Source: Octopus vulgaris (Eukaryota). From it: a stretch of 64,000 bases of DNA. A model generated the notes under the pieces. It saw only the letters and a list, made by a program, of their open reading frames with translations. It had not been told where the DNA came from and did no database searches. How positions within the stretch are numbered: position 1 is the stretch's first letter; every line of letters starts with the position of its first letter. Below, in pieces: positions 35,250 through 47,957 of the stretch. A program made the translations under genes and the position numbers. The stretch lies in contig OX597821.1 in the NCBI GenBank assembly GCA_951406725.2, positions 42,842,001 to 42,906,000 on the forward strand. Direction: 5' to 3'.

Positions 35250-37040
35250 AATTCTCTCATAGGCCCGTTGCGGCTGATTCGGTTATTGCTTGATCGTCTT
35301 CTCAACAACAACCTGATAATAAAAATGGAGACACCATGTTGAAGGCTATCGATGGTTTAACGCGCCAAATAGCTCAATTCTGTCATGTTAGACGGTGTTC
35401 GCGAAGCCGTTCTTTCTTTTCTCGACAACGTAGCAGTTTTTCAACCAACAATTCTTCGGTGTGCTGGTATCACGCACGTTTTCACGACAAGGCACGTCAT
35501 TGTAACAAGCCTTGTGCTTTTAAAGTGTCGGAAAACTGAATCTAGAGAGCCTAGGTACACATCAGACCTCTCTCACAACTTTTCAGCTAATTGTGCTTTC
35601 TTCATTAGGGACCTAGTCTCAAACAGGTCGTTCATGGTCGATACAGGATCTAGTTGCAGTATTTTGTCATTACAGTTATCCAGTATTTCCTTATACGCGG
35701 TGAACCAGTCTCCCATCAAAACCTACGGTCTGATATCTTTAACTCTAGACCTTGCCTTGCGTCAAGATTTTAAATGGATTTTTGTCACCACCGACCTGCC
35801 TCATCCTATCCTCGGGGAGGACTTCTTACACCACTATTCACTCTTGGTAGATGTCAAGAAACAGACTTATGGATACTACCTCATCTTTATCTACGTCTGC
35901 ATGTGAATCTACCGCTGCTATCCTCAGCCCACCATTTTTTGTAGCCTCTGCCAGTAACAAGTTCCATACTCTTCTTGCCTCGTTTCCTGAGTTAGCAGAT
36001 CTCTCATTTAAGCCTACCCAGACACTCCACTCGACTCAACATTTTATTACAACAACTGACCCACCTGTTTTCTAAAATGGATGCTATTCAGAAAATTGCT
36101 CCCCCTACTTCATTGAGACAAGTACGTCACTTTTGGGGGACAAGTTGTTTCCTCTTATACAAATTCTGAAATCCACAAAGAAGAAAGACTCATTTATTTC
36201 CCATTCTGTTGACGTCATGCAAGCTTTCGACTCCGTAAAGTCTGAATCAGCTAAAGTTTCCTTTCTCGCACATCCTGCTGTAAACGCGAAGCTATCCCTA
36301 ACTGTCGACGTGTCCACGATCGCTGTTGGCACCGTTTTAGCACATCATCAACCAGAAATCTCAACCGCTTGTCTTTTTCTCACGTCAACTCAAGCCAGCA
36401 GAACAGCGTTTCAGTACTTTTGACAGAGAGCTCTTAGCTGTTTATCTTGCTGTGAGACACTTGTGGCTTCTGGAAGGTCGGGAGTTCATAGTATTCACAG
36501 ATCATAAACCTCATACATTCGCTCTTCAATCCAGGTCTGATAAATACTCGCCGAGGACATACAAACACTTGGATTTAATCTCGCAATATACCTGCAACAT
36601 TCGTCCTATAGCCGGATCTGCAAACATAACTGCTGTTGCATTATCCAGACTTCCTGTGTGTTCACTTTCGTCTCCTGCACACATCGATTTGGCTGCTATC
36701 GCCACAGACCAATTCATTTTTTTTTTGCCGTCCCATCAGACATCTTTGAGTAGACACAAGTTTTTATTCGGAACGATTCCGTTAAAGGACCTCTTACATC
36801 ACTTTATTCTGGACCTTATCGTGTACTGTTGCACTCACAAAAAACCTTCATAGTCGACGTTAATGGTCGAAAAGAAACAATATCCATCTACAGAATAAAA
36901 AAGGCTTTCTCAGAAAATCTCATTCCAGAACCTGACATACCACGCACATTCATTCCTACACCAACACCACCACATGCACCGCAAACACAACATACCTCTA
37001 AACCTTATATCACAAGAAGTTGCAGAACAGTACATTAGCC
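35250..37040 (+). mobile_element. Heavily deleted Ty3/Gypsy LTR-retrotransposon relic
   Basis: gag CWYHARF..KARHCNKPCAF; protease FMVDTGS; RNase H LTVDVSTIAVG, FDRELLAVY and FTDHKP; integrase C-terminus GPY..KTFIVDVNGRKETISI and TRSCR; RT core and integrase core missing. Confidence 0.9.
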
Positions 37041-37091
37041 ACAAAATTATCCAGAACTATTTATATTTAATGTTGTGTTACAAAACAAACT

Positions 37092-37322
37092 TATTTCTTT
37101 ACCCACAGGGGGCTAAACACAGAAGGTACAAACAACGACAGACAAATGGATTAAGTCGATCACATCGACCCCAGTGCGTAACTGGTACTTAATTTATCGA
37201 CCCCGAAAGGATGAAAGGCAAAGTCGACCTTGGCGGAATTTGAACTTAGAACGTAACGGCAGACGAAATACGGCTACGCATTTCGCCCGGCGTGCTAACG
37301 TTTCTGCCAGCTCGCCGCCTTG
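37092..37322 (-). mobile_element. SINE family A, 11-bp TSD
   Basis: Reverse complement of 3342-3576; caaaacaaact at 37081-37091 and 37323-37333. Confidence 0.9.
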
Positions 37323-38660
37323 CAAAACAAACTGTTTACTATTTCCTTTACTATTTCCTTTACAAAAGAACGTTTGTTCAAAAACATTTTTCCCACGCAT
37401 TCACAAAATCGACCAAAATCAATCCATGATTTTTTCAATCAGCTTTCAATTACAAAAAAAGTTTATGTCTTTCTAAAAGGATGTCCCCCATCCTTTCCAA
37501 GAGTACCATAAAAAATAATCTGAAAAATCCATGTCAAAACAGAGAAATTCCAACTTAGGTGAATGATTTATCCCTGACATCCACTGGGAGTGGAACAAAA
37601 AAGAAAAAAATTGTCTTTGGAAAAAAGGGAGAAAAACGTTTTGGTAGGCACCTGTATGAAGGGGCTCTTCACTATATTTTTTTCTCAGCCAAGCAGAGTT
37701 CACACCTCCTACAACTGTTGAAGTGCGGTTAGCACTTTTCTAGTATCTCCATGCGATGTCATAATGTTTTCCTTCAGAATGATGTCGTAATGCTTTCCTT
37801 CAAAGTCTATGTTATGTCTCGCAATAGAGTTGCAACAGTGCCCCACAATTAGATGTTAATTGAGGACCTGTAGTTTCTTTTTAATCTGGTACAGAAGGAA
37901 TATTCCATGATGTCAACGTATATCTGCTCCTTTGTCGCCCAACTGGGATTCTATGACATGACTTCCACATCATAGACATCAGTTTCTGCTGTAACGAGGC
38001 TTAGATTCAAAATCACATCAGCTCAGTAATGAACATTAGGTGATCACAGCCTAATTGTTAGCCAATAGTATTTCAGCTTTCATAATTCGATTGTATAATT
38101 TCGAACAGAAATTTCCATGTATTTCCACCAAAATATGGTCATAGATAGAGAAGCATAAGACAATAAGTGCAGAAGTTGAGAAGTCCCAAAGAAGACAGGT
38201 TAACATGATTCTTGGTTGGCTGCTCAACCTTGGATTAAAAAGAACCACTATCACTTTATCTACATCAGTGATTCTTAACCAGGATCCATATGGCCCCTGA
38301 GGGTTTATATAAGATTTTGGGAGATCAATGCCACAAAATAGAAAATTGGGGGTCCATAATAGTATTTTTTCTTTAGATATATGTATTGGTATGCTTTTCA
38401 AGAAAAGAGCAAAGTTTCTTTCTCTAATATTTTACATAGTTCAACCTACACAAGTTAATGTGTGAAAAAGAAAAGAAATTTTGAAAGAGGTTTCTATATA
38501 ACTAGTTTTTAAATATCAAATAGCTATGGCTGTCCACCTGAATAAAATAATAATCAGAGGCGTACTTTTGCGCGACGGAAAATACACCTTTTATGGCAGT
38601 TATAACGAAACTGCTTTCTTATATCAGAGTAATAAGGCGTTTCAATAGAACGTCTTTTTC

Positions 38661-38688
38661 CCCAGGAATTACCGGGTACACTAGCTAG
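38661..38688 (+). mobile_element. Helitron-like 3' terminus
   Basis: CCC(A)GG-aatta-CCGGG hairpin then TACACTAG-CTAG|T. Confidence 0.55.
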
Positions 38689-38809
38689 TATATGTGTGTG
38701 TGTGTGTGTCTGTCTGTCTTTGTTTTCTACCTATTACTGCTTGACAACCGGTGTTGATGTGTTTGCGTCCGCTTAACGTAGCGGATCGACAAAAGACACC
38801 AATAGAATA

Positions 38810-40650
38810 TATATATATACATTCGATCATCAAAAGTTGGAAGGTATATAAATGTGAAAAATATGCTGACGTTCATTCTAAATGGATTTCAGTAGCTGCA
38901 CCCATACTCCCTCGTAAGTATCCAATTAAGGAAATTGTAGGCGAACCAGAGAAGGAAACAAAATTTCGATGGGAGCTCACTATGACAAAATTCAGGACCG
39001 ACATCTCCATTATCCTATGTAAACAATCTCATTACAAAGAGAAGTTATTGATGATTGAATTGTTAATGAAATATCAAAGCTGGCATTATAGCCGAAAAAA
39101 TGTGAGAACTTTGGATCAGGAACATCTCAAAAGAAGAAAACAGATCTAGACGGTTATGGCAGTGGAAACAATTATTTCTCAATAAATATGCTGCAAATTA
39201 CGGTAAAGACTCTACAAAACTGAGAAATAGAATTAAAAAGAAACAACCTCGTCAACGCAACAGATGCTAGGACACGTGGCAACAAAATCTAACACTAACT
39301 ACGGTAAGAACTTTTCGTTACTATTACAAGAACACCCTCATGCACATAACATGCACAAAAAAGCACAAACAAAACAGATATTCGTTGGATCAAACCATTA
39401 GGGTTGATAGAAAAACTGGAAGGAGTTCATGGCGATCTTTCATCTCTAGTAGACCTTTCCATCGATTTCCGTAAAAATTTTTTTTTTTTTTACATATGGG
39501 CTTGCGGGAACTTTTGAAGTAATATACATACATATACACATACACCTAGTAAAAAATTTCAGTTATCTCTTTCTTTCACACATTACTCTGTCTCTTCACA
39601 CACACTAACAGAAGCACTTCACTTACACAACATACTGTCTGTCTCCCACACCCCATCAAACACACACACACACACATGTACATCAATGCTTCACATGCAC
39701 GGTAACTTCAAAAGAACTTCCCTCGTCATAAAATCGCTTTCTCTTAGTCTCTTTCGCTCTCATTACTTCAAAAGTTCCCGCAAGCCCATATGTAAAAAAA
39801 TTTTTTTACGGAAATGGACGGAAAGGTCTACTAGAGACGAAAGATTGCCGAGTTCATTCTCAAGATCTCAACAAACATTACCTATAAGGAACTAAGCAAA
39901 AAACAAACGGTCTAGATCTCGAAGTGAACCTAGATCATTTTTCCAGATTGTTAGAAATAGTACTAACAATAAATTGAAAAACAATATAATAGGACAGAAA
40001 ACATAACGAAACCAAGTGAAATGCACTATAGTGCATATAAAGGGGATGAACCGGAGGTCCCTGACTGCCACATCATCTAGAAGTAAATTGGAAGCTTCTA
40101 GAATGTTCGAGAATTTTAGAGAAGGTCGAGGGAGGTTACTCTCGTTAAATCCCTTTTTCGTTTTGCTTTCCTGCTTGACTGTCAGGATTCACTACATAAC
40201 TCACTCATCAGATGATCAGTCAATAAATAAATCCGTTGTAGTGATCCAGGGCAGATACGAAGCAAAACGAGGTCGCAGAAGCATGTACGTGCAAAACAAG
40301 CTGTAAAATAGGAGAAAATCAATACATGCATCATGATAGGTACTGACTATAATTGCAGAGTTTGGTGCAGCAAACCTTTAGCTAAACAGCTATGCACATC
40401 AAGCTAAATGCAAAACATAGCAATATGAAAAATACAATGGTAAGGTTGATTCACGATCATTTGATAACTTCTTTGGGATCTTTTCTGTTTGGCTGCAACT
40501 CTCAATATTTCAAAAGTTCAAAAGATATTATATATATAAAAAAAATACGTGTGTGTGTTGTGTCTGCATGCATGAATTTGAATACAATAGATGAAGCAAT
40601 GAAAGATTCTGGCCAAAAGGGAGAAATTCCAACTTATGTGGGACGGATAT
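38810..40650 (+). mobile_element. Very degraded Tx1/L1-like LINE relic
   Basis: tctagatctcgaagtgaa at ~39911 resembles the APE-coding tctggatctcgaagtaaa at 52803; A-rich broken frames. Confidence 0.35.
39431..39849. mobile_element. GG-terminated MITE (same family as 9149-10187) with 8-bp TSD
   Basis: GGCGATCTTTCATCTCTAGTAGACC ... GGTCTACTAGAGACGAAAGATTGCC; TSD GAGTTCAT at 39423-39430 and 39850-39857. Confidence 0.9.
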
Positions 40651-40905
40651 TCCAAAAATCGAACAACGTAACAATAAACATTAAATATCAAAAAGCGAAA
40701 ATAAATAATTTTGTTCCGTTGGCAAAAACCTGGTTTTAGTAGTCTGAATGACAGAAGGGATCTGACTGTCAAAGAATTTTGGAAGGACTGGAATTGTTTC
40801 TATTTTTAAAGTTAGTACATTTTCATTGAAGTTAAATGGTCAGGTCCATTCAACCATCTCGATAGTCTTTAGCGACACCAAATACACAGTAGTAACCAAG
40901 AGAGG

Positions 40906-40971
<66 letters not shown>

Positions 40972-41124
40972 GAGAGATAGAGAGAGAGAGAGAGAGATAC
41001 AAACCTTTATGTCTGTTAAATTCACGTCCTGGAAACTTCTTCAACAACCTTTGTCAACTTTCTCAGTCTCCAATAAACTCATTAAAAGAAAGAAGCGAAG
41101 TATTAATGTTCAATTAAATAATTT

Positions 41125-41535
41125 CTAGCATTGGTACAAGGCCAGCAATCTATGGCAAGGAGGGATAAGTCAACAATTAAATATTGGTTTCAAAATTTAG
41201 CACAAGGCCAGCAATTTTAGGAGGTGTAGGTCGATTACATTGATCCCAGTAGCATTTGAACTCATAATGTAAAGACAGATGAATTGCCACTGAACATTCT
41301 GCCCGGAATGCTAATGGTTCTATCAGCTTGCCACCTTAATCAATAACTAAAATTTCGGGAGTAGGGTAAGATGATTACACCCACCCCAGTGCTCAACTGG
41401 TACTTATTTTATTGACCCTGAAACGATTACAGGCAAAGCCGACCTCTATGGACTTGAATCTAGAAGGTAAAGACTGATGAACTGCTACAAAGCATTTTGC
41501 CCAGCATGCAAATGATTATGCCAGCTCATTGCTTT
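41125..41535 (-). mobile_element. Cluster of old SINE-A-related fragments (similar pieces at 20350-20565 and 42930-43100)
   Basis: caaggccagcaat, actggtacttatttt, tttgaactca and gccagctc motifs. Confidence 0.7.
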
Positions 41536-41572
41536 AATCAATGATTAAATATTAAATGCAATTGTTTTCACA

Positions 41573-42115
41573 TCTATAATAATAAAAGCAAAATTCTGTC
41601 TGTCCGTCTGGGACCCCAGTATCTCACTCTACATTTGCTCTACATAGACATATACCTTTCTGGAATCAGGATGATCCCGAGATTGAAAATCTGCTCTTCA
41701 TTTGGTTCTTGAACATCCAGCATTGGGATCTGATTTAAAAGCATTTGGGTTGCTATTTCTAGCTGGTCAAGCTTGGCTGATTCAAACCGTCTTAGTTGGC
41801 TTTTGTCCGATGACGTCAGGAATCAAGGAGAGATAAATGACATTCCCTTCGTTAATTTTGCGTCAAGATAAGAACTCTGAGACAAATTGGCCAATGGTTG
41901 GAATTCAACTTGGGACTGGAACAATAGAATGATTGCATTACAGAATTAATTTTCATCCGTCTTTAACCTCTGATCAAACACCATCTGGGCATATAGCCAT
42001 TATAGACGTATTATAGTCATGCTATTTAGCTCTCTATAGTTTTGGGCCGCGGGGCCAATTAGCCCTCTGCCAGAGTTAACTTAAAAATCTGCACGGAGCG
42101 CGGCTATTAAGTTAG
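41573..42115 (+). mobile_element. Non-autonomous Helitron
   Basis: A|TCTATAATAATAAAAG 5' end; 3' hairpin CTGCAC-gga-GCGCGG followed by TTAG|T (decayed CTAG). Confidence 0.7.
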
Positions 42116-42158
42116 TCTTCAATAAAACGATCAGCATTTACAAGTAGCTTTCTTTTAA

Positions 42159-42780
42159 GGGACGTAACTCTGCTAACTTTGCAGCTTTTTCATGCACCTA
42201 TACTTACAGAGTGTGAACTTTTTGGGGAAGACGTGGCACCCTTTTCCTCTGGGTTTTACATGGCAAACAGAAAGTCTCGAACTGTTGATATGTTCGTTAA
42301 TTGATGTATACTTGACGTATTGTAATTACAGAGCTGAATGAAGTATTGACTGTAGAGTGGATAAACATGGAACTGCCTGTTGTTGATAATTTAATTAAAT
42401 CCATGCCTAATCATTGAAAGTCATGACATTAACTTTAGGAGTGCATGAAAAATACCGAATCATAACTTCATTCATTTTGAATAGTTTTCCATAAATTTCA
42501 GCACAGCAGTTTGTTACCCACGTTACAAAGTTAATGTGGAACAATGTAAATATTTGTTACTAAATGCCACAAAGTATTTTACCAGATACTCGAACGAAAG
42601 GAATAGCAAAGCAGGAAAAATATTTTAATATATTTTTAAGTATAAAGCATAAGTGAAAATGTTTTTTAAAAAAAACTTATTTTCAACAAGTTTATGAAAT
42701 AGAAACAGAGTTCATTCCCTTGGATTGCAAAACTACAAAACAACATTAGATGCAGGTTATTTGATACAATATAACGTCCC
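42159..42780. mobile_element. Possible TTAA-type (Kolobok-like) non-autonomous DNA element
   Basis: TTAA|GGGACGT ... ACGTCCC|GTAA; the TIR is only 7-9 bp. Confidence 0.4.
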
Positions 42781-43971
42781 GTAAATTTTTCTTAAAAAGG
42801 TTTATTGTTGGAAATTTTTTTTACCTTTAACACTTATTTTAACTGTACTGTCTATAATTTTGTGAGAGATGAGAATTGCGAAAATAAATATCACTTGGTT
42901 TTCTAAGTTAGTAAAGAGCCACATATCTGGAGGTGAGTAAAGTTGATTAAGTGGACCCTAGTACCTCTCTGGTACTTATTCTATTAACCCCAGAAAGAAG
43001 AAGGGCAAGTTGACTTAGGCGAGATTTAAACTCAGAACGTAAATGGCTGTATGTAAATTGTACAAAATATTTTCCAACATTCTAACTATTCTGCTAATAA
43101 AATCTATTTTCTTCTTTCAAAAGATGAACATGATAAGTTTATATATTTTACCGGTTTCAGTCATTAGACTGCAGCCATGCTGGGGCACTGCTTTGAATAG
43201 AATGTGAGATGAAGAAAGTACAGACAGTACATGATACAATAGAAGAGTCTGACAGGAAAGTTACAATTCATGAGAAGAGAGAAATACATAGAGCACTTTG
43301 CTACATAGTAGTGAGACAGCTGTGCTTCACAACTGTGAAAATGGCAAAGAGACAGATGGAATACTTCATCAATTATGACACAGAGTGATGACTCAGGTAG
43401 GGAGTAAACAACAGAGTTTAGTAGAAGTTTTGTAGTTTGAGAAAGACAGACAGAGATATGTAGGAAGATGGTTACAATTAGTCACTTCGCTATGCCAGAT
43501 TGGTCAGGTGGCATGAATATATATATCTCACAGATTTATAAATGTGTGTGTGTGTGTGTTTGTATATATATATATATATATATATATACATACATACATA
43601 CATACATACATACATAATACATACATACATACATACATACACATGGAGATAGATAGTATATATGCATATATACATACATATGTAAAAGCTAAAACTTCCT
43701 TTTTCTGAGCTGAGATTCGAAACCAAATTTAAGGATTCTCACTTGTCTGATCCATCACTGACCAAACAGGTGCGAAAGAAATTTCTTTGTCCTGTCAAAA
43801 AATGATGGATTGTTTCCCTTCAACCTTAAGTCGCATCCATGTCAGTTAAGGTTCAACTGGACAGGAGCCAATCGACATAGGTAGGAATTTCTCCTGTGGT
43901 ATATCTGTCCTTCTAGCTGTCATGACCATCATAAATTCAGCAATTCATCAAGGGACGGACAGTCAGAGACA

Positions 43972-44025
<54 letters not shown>

Positions 44026-44125
44026 GAGAGATAGCCATGAGATAGCCAGCCAGTAACTTTATCAGTTAAACAGGCAGCACAGATTCAGATATTCAATATG
44101 AACGACAGTTGCAGTCACAGAACAT

Positions 44126-44290
44126 AAACAGACACCACTGAATGACTTTTGCATGCACAGACACAAAACAGACACCACTGAATGACCTTTGCATGCACAG
44201 ACACAAAACAGACACCACTGAATGACCTTTGCATGCACAGACACAAAACAGACACCACTGAATGACCTTTGCATGCACAGACACGAAACA
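44126..44290. repeat. 40-bp minisatellite, ~4 copies
   Basis: aaacagacaccactgaatgacctttgcatgcacagacaca repeated with no spacers. Confidence 0.95.
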
Positions 44291-44526
44291 TATCCAGTTC
44301 TACCCTATCATGTCAACACATTATTTATTCTGTTAATTTCTTTGCCAGCTTGAAGTAGTTGGTAATGTGATATAGTGAAATATTTGGTTTATTCAACAAG
44401 AAAATTCAAGTGTTATTTAAATAAATTATTTAAACTACAACCCAATGTTTTTACATTGCTTTACTTTGAAGTCACCCACATGCTTATTTCATCTGCTACC
44501 TTAACATCTTTTGCTACAACTTTTCC

Positions 44527-44618
<92 letters not shown>

Positions 44619-45203
44619 TATGCATATTCAATTTCTTTTAAAATAGTAATTTTTTCTTCAAAGAAAAGTATCAGCTTGGACAGAATAGAATTACAGCATG
44701 CTATCTGTATATTCTCATTAAATAATTTTTTCAAAATTGACAACTAATCCAGGATGTTATTTCTTCTCTTTAAGGCAACTGTAGAGATGTTACATCTATC
44801 ACACAACCTGACAGATACAGAAACGGTTTGGTGGGTGCTGAAATAGGAGGTGAGAAAGAAACCAGGGGTGTTAGGAGAGTCTGCCATATTTGTGCACAAA
44901 AGATGAACTTAATGGATGCAGAGTGGAGGATTGATTGCAAAAGTTCCAGTTTTTGTACTTGCAACATTAATAATGTGGTATGAGCGTGAGAACTACATAG
45001 AATTGTTGAGTGTGGACTTCAGAGAGGTATGAGTTGAGATAACTGTCCTTGATGAAGGAGGAGATATGGTCAAAACAGGGCCAGTAGAATGTAGTGGTAA
45101 TTCAATAATTCAAGCACTCATACAGAACACCAGTTGTAAATGTGTGCTAATTTGCTATCATATAATACCTTATTCATGGTCACATTTATAAAATGTGACC
45201 ATG

Positions 45204-45289
<86 letters not shown>

Positions 45290-46805
45290 TAGTTAGCCAA
45301 AGCTAGTACAAATATGTCTACAGTTGTCTTGACATTTACTCTAAATGATAAGAAAATGATATGTACACATTTGCAAGTCTAAAGTTTAGAAAAAATGCTT
45401 TAGTTAAAGTAATGTATATTTCTTAGTGTTTGTTGTTTTGTTCGTATTCTGATATGGGTGGGTTTACTCAAGAACCTCATATCACCAGAAGCATGTAACA
45501 AGAAAACTTTTCATATACCCTACCCCAACAAACCAAACTGCATCTCTTCTTTTCCTCACATCTTTTCTTTCAAGCACTATGCTTACTTCTCACTCCATAA
45601 TCCTGTCCTCGTGGCCTTGTGCACTGTATCATTGCTATCAGGCAGCATCCCCTCACTCTCTCTATATACCAGGTTTTTACTAGTCACTACATTCCTCTCC
45701 CCTAGTCTCTACTCATGCTGCTTTGGCAGTGTCCTGCCACTTATATTATTACCTCTGTACCTCAAGAGTATGCCCTGGCACTTGACACCATCTCTCTCTC
45801 TCTCTCTTCTTTTACTCGACCATCCCATTTATATTCTGATCCCCATCCCTTGTGAGTATGCCTAGTACTCTGCCACCATATCTCTCCTGCTCTCTTGCTG
45901 TTTTCCACTCACTCCTTCTGCTCTTCCCTCAGGCTGGGTAACTATGTATCTAATTTACATCTGTTTCTGTCCTCATTCCTGATCTCTCTCACTCTTTCTT
46001 TAGCCAGGTAACCATATGTACTGCCTCTACAGCAAGACACCTGTTTCTGTCTCTGTTTCACTATCACCTTTCATCATCTGACACAAGATCACCTCCTCCA
46101 ATGTCCCCTCCCCTTTCAAAGGATCTTTGTCTTGCAAGTTACTTGGTGAGCCTGTCAGTGCTGGTGCCACATAAAAAGCATCCAGTCCACAATGTAAAGT
46201 GGTTGGTGCTTGGAAGAGCATCCAGCTGTAAAAACCTTGCCAAAACTGACCTTGCCTGTGCTTGTGCCACGTAAAAAGCACTCAGTCCACTCTGCTGAGT
46301 GGTTGGTGTTAGGAAGGATATCCAGCCATAAAACCCCTGCCAAAACAGACACAGAGGTCTGGTGCAGGTACCTGCTTGGCCAGCTCCTGTCAAACCATCA
46401 ATCCATATCAGCATGGAAGGTGGACGTTAAACAATGATGATGATGATGATGATGATAAATATTCATCACATCTACCGTAAAACAACAACACACTTTGGAG
46501 TTTCCCTCATCCACTCATCTACTTAGTTTTTGTAACAAAAATGTTGGGATCATTATTAATCACTTGAAACTGTGATTTGGTGTTTGGACTTTTCAGAGTT
46601 TCTAGATTGTAATAAACACTTTATCCTTGAATATTGGTGTTTCTCTCTATATGTGAACATAATCCATACCAGAGCCTTATTTGCTAACCAAGTTGTTCAT
46701 TACATAAGTAATTGAAATACACAAACAATTGCAGCGTGGAAGGTGTTTATAAGCCATTTAAGAAACACACAAAACCGTTAGATTCACTTCAACATTTAAA
46801 TTTAA

Positions 46806-46856
46806 TTTGTCAAAATATTTTCGTCACTTTGAGACTGCGACCTGTTCACTGACAAA
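46806..46856 (-). ncRNA. Minimal type-I hammerhead, G3-C8 variant
   Basis: TTTGTCA-GTGAACA-g-GTCGC(9 nt)GTGAC-GAA-AATATT-T-TGACAAA; 7-bp stem I and palindromic stem III. Confidence 0.72.
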
Positions 46857-46865
46857 ATTCTGTGC

Positions 46866-46908
46866 TCAGTGAACAGGTCGCAGTCTCAAAGCAACGAAAA
46901 TATTTTGA
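46866..46908 (+). ncRNA. Minimal type-I hammerhead, G3-C8 variant (stem I truncated to 3 bp)
   Basis: TCA-GTGAACA-g-GTCGC(9 nt)GCAAC-GAA-AATATT-T-TGA. Confidence 0.6.
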
Positions 46909-47900
46909 CAAATTAAATTTAAATGCTGAAGTGAATCTAACGGGTTTGTGCGTTTCTTAAATGGCTTATAAACACCTTCCACGCTGCAATTGTTTTCGTT
47001 CCAGCACACGATCTCACATCAAGTCACTCGCTATGCAAGTACATCTCCGTAATTCTGAAATACATACAAATAGGGGTAATCTGTTTCAAGCCACATCTAG
47101 ACTCCACATAAAGGTATGAAATGATGTGGTATTTTAATCAATTTTGTTATGCAATCATAATATACTACTAAGTATATTAAACACTTTATAAGTCAATACT
47201 GTGACTTACCATATTAGCAGAGCTATTAAATCATTTTTTTAAGGTTATCCCTACAGATTTTCTGTCGAAATTATAGCCAGTACTGATTTATTATGACATT
47301 TTATATCCGAATAAATCTAATGTAAACAATGTGATCGAAAACAGAAAAATAAGCAATGGGTGTAAAAGCATAATTCAAGAGTTTTTGTTCCTTCTTCAGC
47401 ACCAAATCCACCCCTTAACCATCCATGAACTCATTGCTTAAACAGCTACTAAATGTGGTGCTGAATTACTTGTAGCAAATTGTATCCTTTTATTACATTT
47501 TATGGACAACCTTCTCTTTGGGACACATATTTAAAAAATCAAATTCATTTTTCCCAAGGATGCACCGTTTCAGAGCCATTTGGGGCTAAACACACATACA
47601 CTTACATTTATATTGTAGCAACTTGGGCAAGTGTTTTCTACAAAAGCCTCAGCCCGACCAAAACCTTGTGAGTGGATTTGATAGACAGAAACTGAAAGAA
47701 GCCATTTGTATATATATTTTCCGGGTGTTTCATCTTTCAGATGTTCTCCCTGGAGGTAAGACGGTTTTTTTTCTCTATTTTGTTGCACACACGCATTTTT
47801 GCTAATACATACGCGGTGAAGCTACACATTAGCGTTGTATTTTTACGTTCGCTATTTCCAGTAAATATCGGTACTTAGTTGTTACATTTATTTACTAATT

Positions 47901-47957
<57 letters not shown>

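Larger units (their letters stand above)
46723..46995. repeat. Foldback (~130-bp arms) carrying a hammerhead motif on each strand
   Basis: 46723-46852 matches the reverse complement of 46866-46995. Confidence 0.95.

Noticed and set aside
44126-44290. CRISPR-like regular repeat
   Set aside because: Units are contiguous with no unique spacers, there are no cas genes, and the context is eukaryotic; it is a minisatellite.
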